A stretch of DNA of 64,000 bases from Bigelowiella natans CCMP2755 (lineage: Eukaryota > Protista > Cercozoa): contig ADNK01000247.1 of assembly GCA_000320545.1 (NCBI GenBank), positions 21,300 through 85,299 of the forward strand, read 5' to 3'. Positions 19,376 through 34,600 of this stretch are shown piece after piece. A program made the position numbers and the translations under genes. The notes beneath the pieces are model-generated. The model was not told where the DNA came from. It was given only the letters and a program-made list of their open reading frames with translations, and did no database searches. How positions within the stretch are numbered: the first letter of the stretch is position 1; each line of letters starts with the position of its first letter.

Positions 19376-20976
19376 TCTCTGTCTCTCTCTTATGTGTGTA
19401 TGTGTGTGTGTGTTTCTATTCATGTTTTAGCGCTCATTGATCTTCATAATCTCTGGCATAATATGGATGAATCCCCGTTGATGAGGAAGAAGTAGGCGAC
19501 CTGTTTCTCCTGCATGGCGGAAATCCTCATTGCGCTCTTTCCGACGATTTGCTTCAGTTCCAACTCGTGCCTTTGTTCGCATGGACAACGGCACACACAC
19601 GCGCACATAAATATGGCTATTGTCCAGTATCAAATTTCTCCCTTTTCGTTGGTGATTGTGCGTTGTCTTCTAGCCAACTGCCTTTTCAACTTACTACGCC
19701 ACCTCCTCCTCCTTCTCCTCCCTCTCCTCTTCTACCTGCTGTTTTCAAAATCTAGATCGCTCTTCCTGACTCGCCCTCCTTCCCCAACCTTGAGCAACCG
19801 GCGCATCGTCTCGTTGTGCTGACAGATGAAAAGTACAGAAAGCACAAAAGAAATAACGGAAGAATTGGTGTATTAATGCCTGGCGGGTGTGTGAAAAGAG
19901 GCGAAGCGCCCATACAGCGAAAGGACAGAAATCGTTGACGCTGATTCCAATCTTCCTCCTCCTCTTAGTTTATACCTTCTGTTTGGCAGCAGAGACTTGG
20001 TCGCCACACGCGTGAAAGAGCTGCCGAATCGTGATGCTGAAGGACCTTTTGGTGTTTCATTTATTTGTTAGAGCGCCAGCTGTCGCCGTTATGACCATGA
20101 TCATGAGCATCATCAACCGTTCCAATTCGAAGAGCGTTCTGCCAGCGTCTGCCTGGAGTAGCTTGCGAAACCCACCACCGCTCCACTCGGCCTCCTCAAA
20201 ATGCACACGCGATGATGACTTTTAGGGGCAAGAGGGAAGGCAGGGGGGGGGGACAAATGGAAGGAGAAAGGCAGGCAGGGTTAGGATATTCCTACAGAAT
20301 AAATACATAGCTGTGTCGTGTTCGATGGGTAGACCGAATGCGTCGCAGAGCTCGTAGACATCCAAGCCTTAGCAATTGAATCGAGTTCTGCTTCTTCTTC
20401 TTCTTCTTCTTCTTCTTCTTCTTCTTCTTCTTCATTGTCCAGCTCAGCTTTGTCGTAGTCTTCCCAAGATTTCGCGTCCTCCTCTCTTGGACCCTCATTC
20501 CCTTTTGATCGTTTTGTCGTTAGATATACATTAACATCTTACAATCTACCAACAAGTACTGAGGAGGGGAGACTCATAGCGCACATTTCTCGCAAAATAA
20601 AGTATTCATTATTAGTAAGTTTTGATTGAGGTATTACTTTCAAGGTTCTCCACTGCAGAATATATTGACGCAGCATCGCAAGGCGGAATCTAAGTGATGT
20701 GGAGAAGGTAGAGGATTCAAGAATTCTGCTCATTCGTCGTTCGTGTGTGTTCTGCAGATCGGACTGTTCATCCTCGAGCTCTATGCTGCATAGAATTTCG
20801 TATTTTGGAGGTGGGGAAAGTAGAAGCACCTCTTTCTCCTCGCACGCTGTTTCTATGGCCAACTTCGAGGTAGCCCAAGGGACATTGAGCCTTGTAATGT
20901 CTTCTTCATCCGTCCCCCCCCCAGCACCTCTCCCCTTCCGCTTGGCCTCATCGGCAGGAGGGAGTCCCAGCTCCAT
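15950..20976 (-). CDS. Unidentified multi-exon protein-coding gene; boundaries uncertain
   Basis: Exon-like ORFs at 20539-20976, 17950-18174 and 16424-17821 separated by SSR-rich introns; no domain recognised. Confidence 0.4.
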
Positions 20977-21341
20977 AAGTTGTTATGTATTCATTCTGTC
21001 AAAAATTATACGGCATACTATCTACACTCGCAGATTTTAGAAGAAACTTGTTCCAGACCGAAATTATAAGCCCAAAACATCTGACCAGTTTTATCTATAT
21101 TCGACCAAGAATAATGAAGATTGGGCTCCTCTCTGATGAAGCTCAAGAGACTTCCCTGGGACTTCCAGGACTTCACTTCCTTGAAATTTCGGGCATCTGC
21201 CCAGATTTCCTAAAAATGGAGAGAATTCTCAAGGATTTCATCTGTACGACATCTCGAAATTGGCTCCTAAATACCAAACCGGAGCTCAGAACGTATTGCT
21301 CCAAAACCCAGAAAATTCTGACATCCTAGGACATCCGTACA

Positions 21342-22292
21342 ATGGCGATGCCCATTATACCTGCCTCTTCTTGCAGAGAATTAAAGCGGAAGACGAAGGA
21401 AGCACCGCTACCGAAGCAGTACGATCTTATATCGTCGCAGCTGCTTGCTCGGGAAATAAACCATTGGCGAATCAAACGCAACGAACAGGGCTTGAGACGA
21501 GTGAAAACCCTCATCAGCCGTGGCGCCGATCCGTGTCTTTGCGAGAAAACAAAAGAACTCGCCGGCAGCGCTATTCACGATGCTGCACAACGTGGAATGG
21601 CCCGGATCGTACGCTTCTTCGTCCGTCAGCGAGGACTGGTGTGCTTGTACACTCCCTGCCGCCACAGGTGGAGCCCATTGATCTACGCTTCGGTCGGATA
21701 TGGTTCGGAGAGAATCCGGAAAAAACCGGATAGGCAGCGGTGGAAAACAGTCATGGCTATGGTTCAATTGATGTTAGATGGTGTTGACTCCTGCCTAGAC
21801 TACGAATCACCTCTCCCTACCCCACCTGATCAGAGGCTGATCTCCTTTTCTGCAGTTGGGGTAGAGAAAGAATCAAAAGTTGAGAATCCAACTTTGAACC
21901 CGTTGATGCTTATATACCAATTGGTACAAAGTGGAAGCATTTCGAAGGCGCTGAGTCGATCTCGATGGGAATCCATACCATCTAATGTCATCGCTAAGAC
22001 GGCCGTCATTCACCACTACATGTGTGTAGCACATGAGTGTTGGCATCCAAGGGACGAAGACCTTGACTCATTCCAACAGGCTGTGGCATTAAATGCAAAA
22101 AAATGTAACCAAAAACATCGTCGACACGCTGTTAATATGATAAAAGTACATCTCAGTTCAGACGTGTCGCTCATGGTTGTAGACTATCTTCCATACATCC
22201 CTTTGCCGGTCATCGAGGCGAGACATATGGAGAATACATGGAACACCAACCCTGCATATTATCTTCCCTCGACTGCTAACAACTTTCTCTAA
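21342..22292 (+). CDS. Ankyrin-repeat protein, single exon
   Basis: 316-aa ORF with LISRGADP...SAIHDAAQRGMARIVRFFV...SPLIYAS ankyrin-like repeats. Confidence 0.75.
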   Translation: MAMPIIPASSCRELKRKTKEAPLPKQYDLISSQLLAREINHWRIKRNEQGLRRVKTLISRGADPCLCEKTKELAGSAIHDAAQRGMARIVRFFVRQRGLVCLYTPCRHRWSPLIYASVGYGSERIRKKPDRQRWKTVMAMVQLMLDGVDSCLDYESPLPTPPDQRLISFSAVGVEKESKVENPTLNPLMLIYQLVQSGSISKALSRSRWESIPSNVIAKTAVIHHYMCVAHECWHPRDEDLDSFQQAVALNAKKCNQKHRRHAVNMIKVHLSSDVSLMVVDYLPYIPLPVIEARHMENTWNTNPAYYLPSTANNFL

Positions 22293-22785
22293 TAAAAGTA
22301 GGCGTGCAAAATTCATGATGTCATGAGCTCATGAGATGCTAGTGTGTAACACTATGTTACTGGAAGAAGCATGAACATGATAGCGCTGCATACTACATTA
22401 ATGTTTCCATGTTTTCCCTACATAAACTTCATTTTAAACTATGAACAAGTGATAGCTGCAACGATGTGGCATGTGGAAGAACAAAAATATTTGGTACGTG
22501 ACTGCCAGAACATGCGCGACTCATGGATTAGTCATAGTCACATAGCGGAGCGTACACATTGATCTTTCTAGTCAGATGTATCGAAAACTTTATTTCAATA
22601 ACGTGCTTTCTTGTGTCGAAACAAAGTCGCGTGGTGCACATCATTTGCTGGCAAACTGTAAACTTTGTCTCTCTATCTTCTAGCTATAATTCCATAGCTA
22701 GACAGAGGTGTCGTTACGTCCGTCTCAAAAATTTGTCCAGATTTGTTGTTGACATCGTCCAGATTTAACTGGCTCTAAACAGATG

Positions 22786-25700
22786 TTAATTTATTCGTCG
22801 AATTTTCCTGATCATCTTGGAAAGTAATGTCTGGATTGAAAATATTCCATTGTGTTCCTGAAACCTGAATTATATATTTTAATTGCATGGTGTAGGTCAA
22901 ATAAAGGAAATATATGAAAATGAATCTAGATTACCTGCTTTTCGACATTAGCTAAACCTGAGGCAAGTCGAATGTGACGCTGCCACATTTGTGCATCTAC
23001 GTATCCATCACTTCTGATCTGGTATTCCATTATACCAAAAGAGTTAATTGCAGATTATTATTATTGAAATATACAAGGGCGAACCTTCAAAACTTCCTTC
23101 TCGTTTCCCCACCATAGAACCTCAATTTCAGTGGGCTTATTGGGGTCCAAGGATGGCCGGACCTGACATCTAAAGGAAATAATAAAACTGAATGGAAAGA
23201 TAATCGCACAGGGGATATTAAGTAAGACCCAATCAGATCAATGGGATCCAGAATTTGTAGCTTCCTTGTACCGAATAAACTAGGGGGGAAACTTTGTCAA
23301 GAAGGTGCGGCGCATTAAAATTTTTTTGCAATTACGTTGAAAAGAATCCTCCTTTGCTTCCTTTGCTTTTTGTAGAACTTGGAGTTTTAAGTTCAAGATT
23401 GCCGCTGTAAATCATAAGCTATGAGGCTAGTTTGTAGGTGTAGAATTTCGTCAGCATCATCATTAGACCTTCGATTACTTCCAGAAAATTGAGTTCCAAG
23501 ATCAACACCCTGAAAACAAAAGCGTGTGACACCCAATCAAGATTACAGCACTTTGATTTTAAATGTTACCGATTGTTCGGTTTGTACAGAGTGGCGAAAA
23601 CTGTCTTGCCGTATGTTATCAAAGAGAGCATCCTAATATATAGTTTATCTTTACGGTTGAAATTATATATATATCAGTGTACATGAAATATAGAAGATAC
23701 TATTGTCTTCCTGATGTCAGCTTGCCATTTTTTTGATCCATCAAATGAATCAGCGCGCATCGTTTCGATCTGAGGAAAAATCAAAAAAATATTGTTTTAG
23801 ATACATGTGCTACACAAATACTTCGGATACCTTATTTGATAATTCCAGGGCAAACACAGTTTCTCTTTTCGCGTCGCTACTCTAGATATTTAGACCAATT
23901 ACGTAGTTGAAAACGCAACATTGTCGACGTTATTTTTTATGTATACAATGACGCATTTTGGATTCTTAGCATCCACTTCGAGGACAAACTCTGACTCCTC
24001 GGAGGATTGAAGCTGATTTAATTTACATATTCAAGATCTTTCTTATCTATCTTCACATAAATTAAACAAATTCGTTGCGATATTGTCACCATTTTGAACT
24101 CGATGTGCACAAAAGTCCTATGAGACAGAAGTCGAGCCCAATATTTCTGAAATCGACGTCCACGAAGTACTTCAAGCCACCCTTCGCAAACAAGTGTAAC
24201 CTACGCGCGATGGTGAAAGATTATGAATAATTAAAATGCACATAAATGACAATGTACTAGCTACCACTTCAGTATTTAATTCGCTAGATCCCAGATTCTC
24301 AGAGACCTTGTACATAGTTGTGTGGAGAGTGAGTGTTTAGTGGGTTGGAAAGAATAGAAAATATACAGACAGAAGGAGATTCTTTAATGCTCCTCAAAAT
24401 TGAATTTGGCCTGCACAACACAAGCATAAGTATTTGTTGCGTTCAAGACTTTGATGCAACCTATGACCTAGAGAAACTCGGGTCCTCGAAAGAAACTTGT
24501 CTTGAAACTTGCCCACTGGAAATATCTCCTACCTAGTATACATCGATAATAGTGATCTAATTATAAAAGATAAATCTATATTTATTTGGTACTTGCGACT
24601 CCGGAATCCCTGTCATCAGCGATCCTGTTTTTTGGTTAGATAGCCATAAATAATATAGGGGAAATTATCTTCAGATTAAATTATCATGATGAAAAGAGGT
24701 ACCTCGCAGCTTGCATACGAATCTAAATTAATAGGGAATAGACGGTTACAGTTTAGGGTCAATCCATCTTAGTATGATTGAATTATTCACCTAGCACTCT
24801 TTTTCTTTCGGATATGTGGCTTCCCTGCGAGCTTTAATGGGCCCTGAGGTAATCAAATCAGCCTAAAATGGCAGAACGGCTGTTACAAGGATGTGATTAT
24901 TCCACAACCCAGCATCGAGTAAAGGTCCGTGTAGCATTCAAAGCAATTTTATTAGCATTACGGAGTCCTGGCAGAGAGACTAAGTTTCGACTAACAAACT
25001 TAAAGAGGAAGAGGGATTTACCAACTATACACGTTTGCCGAGTAGATTTGGTTGCAACTTGCATCTCTTCAAAGGATTGTAAGATCGTCAAATATCTGAA
25101 TTTCCATGATTCATCTTCCTACAAATTTGCTCTTCCTTTTCAACTATGTTAATTCAAATTTTTGTACCGTAAATTATTGTGATTGACATTGGCAATGAGT
25201 GCAGACATTTGTTTGCACACCTGATATATCAGACACCATATTAGAACAGTAACATCTCCACATTCATTCGATAATCTTTTTCCATTCCTTGGGAGCTAAA
25301 TCGCAGTGAAAGATGATGTCTTGGGCCGAAGGAATGCAGACTTTGAACTGAATTAAGTTTGAACATATGACTCAAAGCCAGATCCTACGTATTCGATTAT
25401 GACTCACATGGTTAGACTTCCTGCAGAGTTTAATCAACCCGACACGATCCAATGAGACTTTATAATACTCCTTCGGGTACATAACTATCAGTGCGAGGTC
25501 AATCATCGGATGGAGATAAAAAAAAGACCCTATTGAGATTTCTGGGCCTGAATATCATCAGATGTCGATTTGTCAATACTATAACTTTTTTCAACGATTT
25601 TGGATGTCCTGTTCATAGTTTATATGGGTCTTCCTGAGATCTAGTTCTAATCCAGAATGAGTAGTTGCTCGAAATATCTTGTGACCTTCAGACACAATTC

Positions 25701-28700
25701 CAGCCCATCCAACGCTATCATGTATAGTTTCAAATGCCTACGCGACATCACATATTGTTTGAATTGTCAACAATTTGACAATTAGAGGTTCTCATAAGAC
25801 ATCGGATCAATTCAAACAACCTGTCCTGCCTTCGCAGTTTTCAATAGTTCTTGCATTTCGATTGCAGCCTAAAGGTTTTATTATCATGGATCGAAGATGA
25901 TTATATCTATGTTAATAAAAAATATTATTCGAAGGTGCTTGAACCTTAAGTTCTGCATTTGCTTCCAAGTCCGAGGGGTCGGCGCTGGATTTTTAACATG
26001 CAACAACTGTTAGGAAAAGAAAATTGGTGACATAGAATTTGAATCCACTTATGCATACCTTACGATTTTCTCAAAGGCGATGATAGCTTTAGCAACAAGC
26101 GAGAAGGAGACAGGAAGGACTTTCAACTCGTTAAACATTGAGTCCATCAGGATGCGACCCTAGCAAAATATAGGGTATTTATAAAGGCACTCATTTCGGT
26201 TTAGCAAACCTGAGCAAGGTCTAAGACCGAAAGCTTCTTCACCTATCAATACCCAAAATTTAGAATTTTGTCCTTGCAATAACCAGATTGAATCGATACT
26301 CACCCGCAGACTTGTAGGTACTAAATCAACAATATGAAATTTGGTGAAGACCTTATATGCTCGCTTTGTTGTTAGTCTACAAACCATTACACTCATTGTT
26401 GTGGCCAAGAAACCATTATTACCAAATACCCTTTTGAGAATCGAGCTAGGCATTGGTCAGTGAGCCCGAAACTAACCATATGTAGCATATATGTAAGCAC
26501 GCGGAACATATCAGGCAATACCTGAGAAATCCATGTCAGAGAAGGTACTGTAAACAGATCCTTCGATTTGAAATTATTTACAAAATTTAGATTTACAAGT
26601 CCGTAAAGCTCAAACTTAGATGTAAACTGCTTGCTGTCCATCTGTCGAATATTCCTTAGGTTTCCAAGATCCTTATGCCTTGTGCCATCCTATAAGTGAA
26701 TGTCCTATTGCAACACTTTCATCTTCACACAATATAGGTTTACTCTTTTCAAGGCAAGAGGCCCAAATCTTCTCAGGATTCCTTTGTAAACATAGATCTT
26801 CCAGAATTCTTCTTCAGCTATAGCGTCCTACATTGACAAAAAGGAGAATGAAGTTCATTTTTCCTTCTGCACCTATACACAAAAGATATTGATTGCATGC
26901 AGTGACCTTGAGTGCATCTGCCAACCGTGTCATGGAGTTGCTCTGCACTTTAGTTGGTGCCTTTCCTGGATATGGGTAATTTGATTTACAATAATTTGAA
27001 CGGAAAAAATCATCAACAAAACCTTGATGTCTCTTTTCGCTAGATCCCACTATTTAAAAGAACAATGGGTGATGTACTTCAAAATTACTTTCATTGAAAC
27101 TCGTTTATTGCTCTCACTGATCAATTCTCGCAAAAATTACCAGTAAGATTTAGAAAGTGCACAACAACACTCATAAGATCCGAGTATCGGCCTAAATATC
27201 ATGTGCATTTTAAATCACCGCCGTATACATTCATATATCTCCACCTGTTCTGTTCACAAGATCTCTGAGACATCCTCGAAGGAGATTCTTCAATGTTCGA
27301 GCAACCTTTTCACGTGCGATATATGGTGCGTAAAATTTATGTATGCAAGTGAATGACTTAATTGTCTCATACAATCTCAACAAGGAGAGCAGCACGGTGC
27401 TTTTCTGAAGATATGATGCTCCTAACCAGACCCATATGACGTACATTTACACCCGCCTGTAAAAGAAAGACCAAATCCGTATCGGTAACCTAGGTAACAT
27501 GCCTTGGTTGCGAATAAAGAATAAACCTTATGGAATCTACTACTTAGGCTTATATGCCGAGTTATCCCATAACTAGATTCTTTTTCGTCAGGTTCAGGTA
27601 GCTTCTCCATCTCAAATTCTTTTGCAAATTGTGGGATAACGGCCGTGACTAAATAGCGGGTGGCTTCTGCTACCTGTTTGCAAAAATTGTAGGTGTCAGC
27701 AAAAATGTTTTTTAAACTTACAGCTACCATGCGTAAACATATTGACATCAGACTAAGAAGAAAATCTACTTACAATCTCATTTTGCTTTTTGTAGTCGGA
27801 AGATCCTTTTGAGAAGTTTGACATGGCATCCGCGGATAATCTAAGAAACGTGGTAGCTGTGAGACGACGAATCTTATTACTAAACTCATAACGCGTACGG
27901 AGGAAAGATTTTCGCCTTCTGCCTTATTAAGTGTTCAGGCCGTTGCAGCCGGAAGAAAATAGATTGCTCGTCACTACCTGAAGAAATTATCAATGTAGAA
28001 CAAATGCATCCTACAAATCTACAAATTAAGCTTACTTACCTCGAATTAGATGTCGCACTTCATCTGGATGCTCCGGAGGAAATAATCGAGCAAGATCCAA
28101 ACCATATATCCCTTCCAATTAAATAACTCAGCAAGTCTCTATGAGTTAGAAAACTACAAACACTTTTATCTTTGCCAAGATGAATTTCCACATCAGCTGC
28201 GAGATGAGCCTTCTTCCCCCATTGTGTATCGTGCACAGCTAAGTGTAGTGCTGACGACGCACCCTTTACGTGAAAATTGAGAAAATTTAGTCAAAGCTGC
28301 CTCACACATTAGGAAGAACTACCTTTACAAGTTGACTGACTCTTTTGCTAGTCTTTTCATCAGCAAAGTCATCATAGTGGTAAATCTTTCCGTCTCTAAA
28401 ACCTATGTATTGGGGACCCTTGAGGCGTTTTCAAGGTGCATACGATCTCTAATTCATCGTTACCACTCACGAGTCCATCAAGCTGTATCCACGGCATACA
28501 AACGGCCCGATATCCATGGTAATCAATCACAACCTTATTCCAATAAATTGATGAGTGTGATTGACGTAATTATTGTCGTAATAAGAAGATTGTAATGCCT
28601 GCATGGGAACACGGATGCCATCTCCATCGACCTAGTTTGAAATAATCGTAAGTTTTTCAACACTGATGAATTTATGACGAACCTCAATCTGCTGAAAGCC

Positions 28701-30982
28701 GACTCGAAATAACTGGCTGGCGCCTCGTAGATCATGGGCGGCAGACTTTTGAAAATAGATGTGGCGATGAGAATCTTTCTGATATCTTTATTGAAATATC
28801 ACCTTGCTTGCATACTCGTAGTTAGCACCTTTACTTCCACCATAAAGATAGAACGGTTTCTTGTTGCGGTAACAAATCAGAGGATCCTTAACCTATGTGT
28901 ACCAATAGGTCTCACTTAGAGGAAGTACTAAATAGCATATAATACATCACCAATTTCACGAGCATATTTCTGACTCTATATTTCGCTCCTCCAGCAACTC
29001 CCCCCGCATGGAATGGCTTGATAGTCTTCTCTTTCAACTAATTGCAAAATATCTCATGCGTTGTATTGGTAATTTGTTAAGTAACGTACCGGTAGATATT
29101 GTTCTACTATTATAACTCTGCCGTAAAGCTTAGCTGTTTCAGCAAAATCAACGGCGACATGGTACACCTGAACGAAAGCAAAATTGTAAAAATGATACAT
29201 ATTACTATTGAATTTCAAATAACCTCTGTATAGCTTTCACTATCCAAGGCTTTTTGAAATTCAAGGTTCCACTCAGGGATCACAGTTTTGTCCTTTCCGA
29301 TGTCATCTATCCTCATCAATGCAAGAAGCTCTGACGTCTCATCACCTTCTTTTAAGGGACCCTTTTTCAATTTTTTGGGGGATACTTTGATCATAGAGTG
29401 TTTATTATTTTCCCCGGCAACTGCATTATTTTTAGCCTAAAAAGAATTCAAGAAGTTTCAATTTTCACTTTTTCTGAAAGGGTATTGGACCATATACCAT
29501 AGGAGAGACATTTTCTGGAGAAACCTCGTAGACTTTTTCATCATCTGGAGTCTCCTTTTCATCCCTTTGCTCATTTTTCCGGAAAAGCTCGACAGTTCCC
29601 AAGTTGCTATCCTTCAAAATTTATTTTTCACTTGATTTCGATTGTATTTTCTTATAAAGTACTTTGAACTTGGTAGACTCACAAATTCATCTGGACCGTA
29701 TGGCACGTCAGCTGTGTACTCTTGAATATACACGTTTTTCTCTGGAAGTAGATTTAGATTAGGTTTCTTTGGCTTAACCGATCCATGCCCAGTGTTTTCT
29801 GATTAAGTAAACTTGTACATGTAAATGGTTAACACCAGACTCCATAAATTTTCAAGGTATACTTTCAAGATCGTCATTTCCAATTCCATTCTCTTGCTCT
29901 CCGATCCTAATCAATGCGATGCAATGTTCATACTTTCCTACTTTTTGGATTCAGCATACCTTCGTAAGTGCGACTCTGGAACACAACTGTATGTGGTGTT
30001 GTGAACGTCATAGTTTGGATCGCTCTCGTCAGTTGGCCCGATGAAAATATCGTAAGTTCCCGCGTTGTATGACACTATTGTACCTAGTTTAAAATTTATT
30101 AGCGATTAGCGATTAGCGACGGCGCGGATAAATAAATCGATCATAAAACCCTTAATCCACTTCCCATAGGAGTTGCCCATTCGGATGATCTGATAATCCT
30201 GGGATTAGAATCTCCCATGATGAGTGAGTGGTTTGAAAGATACCTTCAATTCGACTGCTTCATTTTTGCTGTATTTGTATCTCAGCAATGCAACATACCT
30301 ATAGTGCTCTTAATAAAAATTTTATTTTAATCATTCAACTGAAAATTGCTTACTCTCTAGAGGCTTTGTATTTGCTAGTACGAATCCCCTTGCTAAAAGA
30401 TTTGACTTTTCGAAATTTCCCTGCCGTGTGTGTGGGACGGTTTCGAATCTTGTTGCCTGGTCGTTCAATTTGTCCGACCGAAGGTCGTTCCCCAGATAGG
30501 TCCTGTCGAGGCTGGACGTTTGGTCTATCAGAACGAGCTTCTGATCCTACTTTACCCCCGGGGTTACGATTTCCAGAATTGCTCTTTGGTCGTGAAATTT
30601 CTGCAGACGGTTGATTACTCTCTCTAGTTTGTGTTTTTCCTTCATGAGGAGCTGCAGGTGTAGATTCCTTTCGCATTGATTCAGAACCGCCACGTCTTCT
30701 ACTTCCCCTCTTTGTAACCAGGAATGCTGACTTTGATTTAGTTCTCGGTGGATCGCTCTTCCGGCGATTGCAAAAGTCATTTTTTGGTTCTGGGTTTGGC
30801 GAACGTTGCCGAGCTGTCCGAGATTGACGAGTATTTATTTGGTTTACGGGAGATTTTCGTCGAGAGCTAACACTACTCCGCAAGGGTGATGTTGTGAATT
30901 GACGATTGATATTGGTAGGGCTTCTTCTGGAGCCAGAAGTCCTTCTAGACGACGACATTTGTTTTAGGCTTATTGTGCTCAA
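22786..30982 (-). CDS. Large CLU-domain protein with many short introns; 5' end uncertain
   Basis: Exon peptides VAVDFAETAKLYGRVIIVEQYL, KTIKPFHAGGVAGGAKYRVRNMLVK (~28950-29040), VAEATRYLVTAVIPQFAKE and VARTLKNLLRGCLR match protist CLU / CLU-central motifs. S/R-rich N-terminal exon at 30350-30982. Confidence 0.7.
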
Positions 30983-31671
30983 TACCTCATTTGACTAGAA
31001 ATTGAGGAAAAACTCAACCTACAACAAAGGGTGAGGGGTCTGGAAACATTTGGCAATTTGATCCTGCGTCAAGAAAAATACAATGTCGCATGACTGAAAT
31101 AATGACGAATGATCAAGTGCACGCATCAGAGATTTGGCCCAACTTTTCTGACTGCCCGGATTTTTCCTGAAAAAGAGCACTTCACGCTCGGAGGGAATCC
31201 CTATGGAAATGGCCTTTAATTTATGAAAACGGCTTACATCTCAAGGACAAAAGTGCGTCACACAAAGATGTATGCGGATTTCTCTCGGCGACCTGACAGA
31301 ATGATAATTCCAGCGGCGTAAAAGGTGAACTCTTTTGAATGTAGATCTAGCACTAAGCTACTTAGGGTTAGCTTCCAGTCGGAACTCGGAAACAAGTTGG
31401 AAACAAATTTAGGTGAAAATACCACAAAGAAACCGGTAAATGGTAAACGGCAAAGCCGGAATTAATGGGTTCTTCTTCCTTCTGCGAGCATATCTCAGCT
31501 CCATAGCGGGATGACTTTCCATTTGGCCCTGTCGACCTGTGAGATTGGAAGGAACTATTATTGGTGCGACATGGTAATAATAATAGAAATACAAAAAAAT
31601 CCCATATAGACGCGTGTGTGCGTGTGCACATGGCGGTCATCAAGTCATCATTCCGATCCACAGAAACGACG

Positions 31672-34600
31672 ATGATGGTGGTTCGTGATACGCACTATCG
31701 TTTGGCGGCGGCCTTCTTCTTTGCTACCGCGATTCTTCACCAGGCTGATTCTCAGATAGTGTCCGAGCCTGTAAGCATAATTGTAAATTGTGATGACAGA
31801 ATTAGCACAAACTCAATCAGAATCATTTATCATCTTGTCCAAATGTAATTTTCTTTTTGGACAATGAAAAATTGGGATTTATTGACTTGGAATGTAAATA
31901 TTACATCTCTGAATTTAAATGGAACTCGATCCGTCAAGTTCGAATTCACAACACTCATTGCAAATGGGCAAGGTGCACAAGATGGATTACCAAACCAAGC
32001 TCAAGGTCATCACAAACAATTTTATTAGCGCTTTACTAAACAAATTTCCAATATGTACAGTTCACTCTCCTAGGGGAATTGTCACTCGCATAAGCACTGG
32101 GGAAATATATTTTGGAGAAAATGTACCAGACAACAAGATAGATTATGCCGTGTTGAATAATTATTGTTCATCAGAACCTTCCATTGTTACGTAAAATCGA
32201 CCCAATAACTTTTACCATCACAACATTAGTTGGACCAGAAGACGATGTAAGTTATTCCTCAATATCACCAAATAGCCATCACGACCGAATTTGATAAACA
32301 GACCAGTGGAGGACTTGTTGATGGGATAGGAACAATAGCCAGGTCTTACAACAAAGTATTGAGATCGTTCTGTCCTCTCTGAATTGAAGTATCATTTAAA
32401 GATTTAGGGAAATTGAAAGATTATCCTGGCAGGACGCAGAGGAGACCTTGCTTCTAATCAGCGATCAGGTATGATACAAAGGAACAAGTAGATCATCAAT
32501 CAATCTCATCCTTTGGTGGTTCTTATGCAGACGAATAGTCGAATCCGATTAGTTGACGTCGAATCCCTGGAAGTATTTATTATGTCTTTAATTGAAACTA
32601 TACTGAATACTATTTTTAATACATGTTCTATCATATTCGGCCAATAATGGCTCGTAAGACGACAACTGGTATATGACCACATTCTGAACATCTGAACTTT
32701 GTGTTCTAATCAAATCATTACATGTTGTAATTAGTTGCTGGTGGAGGAGCAGAAGGCGACGGATTAGGAACTAATGCCCTTTTCATAGTCCGTATATTGC
32801 ATTTGGTTATCGTGCCTCTAACATAAATATATGTTCAGCGTCCCCGAACAGTGAATGCTGATGTTCAGCGGGGATATGCTTACGTGGGGCAGAATGGCAA
32901 AATACGCGCTTTGAAGCTTAATGACTACGAGGTATTCTAAAGGAAAATTTTAGAGGGAATATAATTTTCTTGAATAGGTTACAACCATCGCCGGTGATGT
33001 GATTCAAGGCGTTAGCGATGGAATCGGTACGGCAGTAAGGATACGGGAGGTTCAAACTGCTGAACTTCGGAATGGATTCTTGTACTTTTATTTGACTCAG
33101 TATTGATTTCATTTCGATTCAATGAAAGTATGTGTCTAGGTATTTCGTCGATGAAGTTACCACAAATTTCAACCAAATGGCCTTGAGAAGATTGAACGTG
33201 GATTCTGGAGAAGTCGTTACGTTGATCAGAACTGGGTAATCATCAGAAAACTCAAAGTAAATTGAATTGTTAACATTTAGTTTGCTTTGCCAGGGATCTA
33301 GTTAGCTCCAACAGTGATTTAGAGATTAGAGGAGGATTCGGGATCATATTGTCGCCTCTTGATTCGAATTCAGACCCGACTTCTATTATTACAGCAAACC
33401 ATGTCGGTGAATAAATTGAGCGACCTTCTATCTGTTTATTATAATGTGACATGAATCAGCGAGACCGCGTAATTCATCGAGTGGATTTGGCAAACCAAAC
33501 ACTTTCTGTCGTCGCAGGAGTAGGTCGAATAATCACGTTTTAAACGAAAAATAATCTAAAAGTGGAAGCACCTATTAATCTCGTAACAACAAACAGCTGG
33601 TCAGTCGTTAATCGTGGACGGAGTTGGCACGAATGCTAGATTCGAATTGGGACCAGAGGTACTATGTGTCATTATAAACATATTGGAAACCGTAATGGAT
33701 GTTTAGAAATATTTTCTTAGGCTCTGCATCATATCCCAGGAACAAACAGGATTATAGTTGCGGAGGTTATCAAACGTGTTGCCAACTTTCGTGAATAAAT
33801 GTATCTTGACATTAACCTAGGATGGAGCACTTCGTGAAATGGTGTTTTCCACACCCCCAACACCAATTCCAACAACAAGCCCTACAACTGAAACAGCAAG
33901 TCCTACATCGATTCAAACACCAAGCCCAACTATAACGCCTCAGTTGTCTGTTTCGGTTTCGATATCGTAAGTACATATACCTTTGGTTTATGAATATATT
34001 AATATATTAGCGAATGCAAGTGAAATTTTAAAATATTTTTACTAAAAGGTCCATCGTTCTTCATGAAAGTTTCCCGCCATGGGACTCCTCGGATATCAAT
34101 GGTGAAGGGACGACGACATTTTTCCTGACTAATAATCGCGCTCCAGCCTCTGCAGTTCAAATTGTATGCACTTCATCTGATGAAACTATTGTGAGAGTAA
34201 ATGCTGTAAGTCCCAACTTTGGTAGCGGATACGTAATTCTACCGGGAGAAGAGGCTCCATTCATTGTTGAGTCGACCTATGATCCATTGCACGTGGAACG
34301 ATATGCAATTATCGAATGCATGGTGTCTAGCGAAACAGTTGTGTTGGGTATTATTACGGTACCGGTCACAGTGAGAGATGTAGTGTGGCCCAGGGTGACA
34401 GATTGGCTACTTTTGATTAGAGGTAACCTTCAAGTCAGCTCACTCTTTGAGGGGGGCTACACAGTCACAGTGAGTGGATCTACAAACATCACTGCCCTAA
34501 TAGAGTCAAATATACCAGCAGGGACGATTTATCCACAAGGCTTGTGTCCGTCTGTTACAGTCGGTGGCTTGCAAGCTCCGGTAACATCGTGCACATTTGA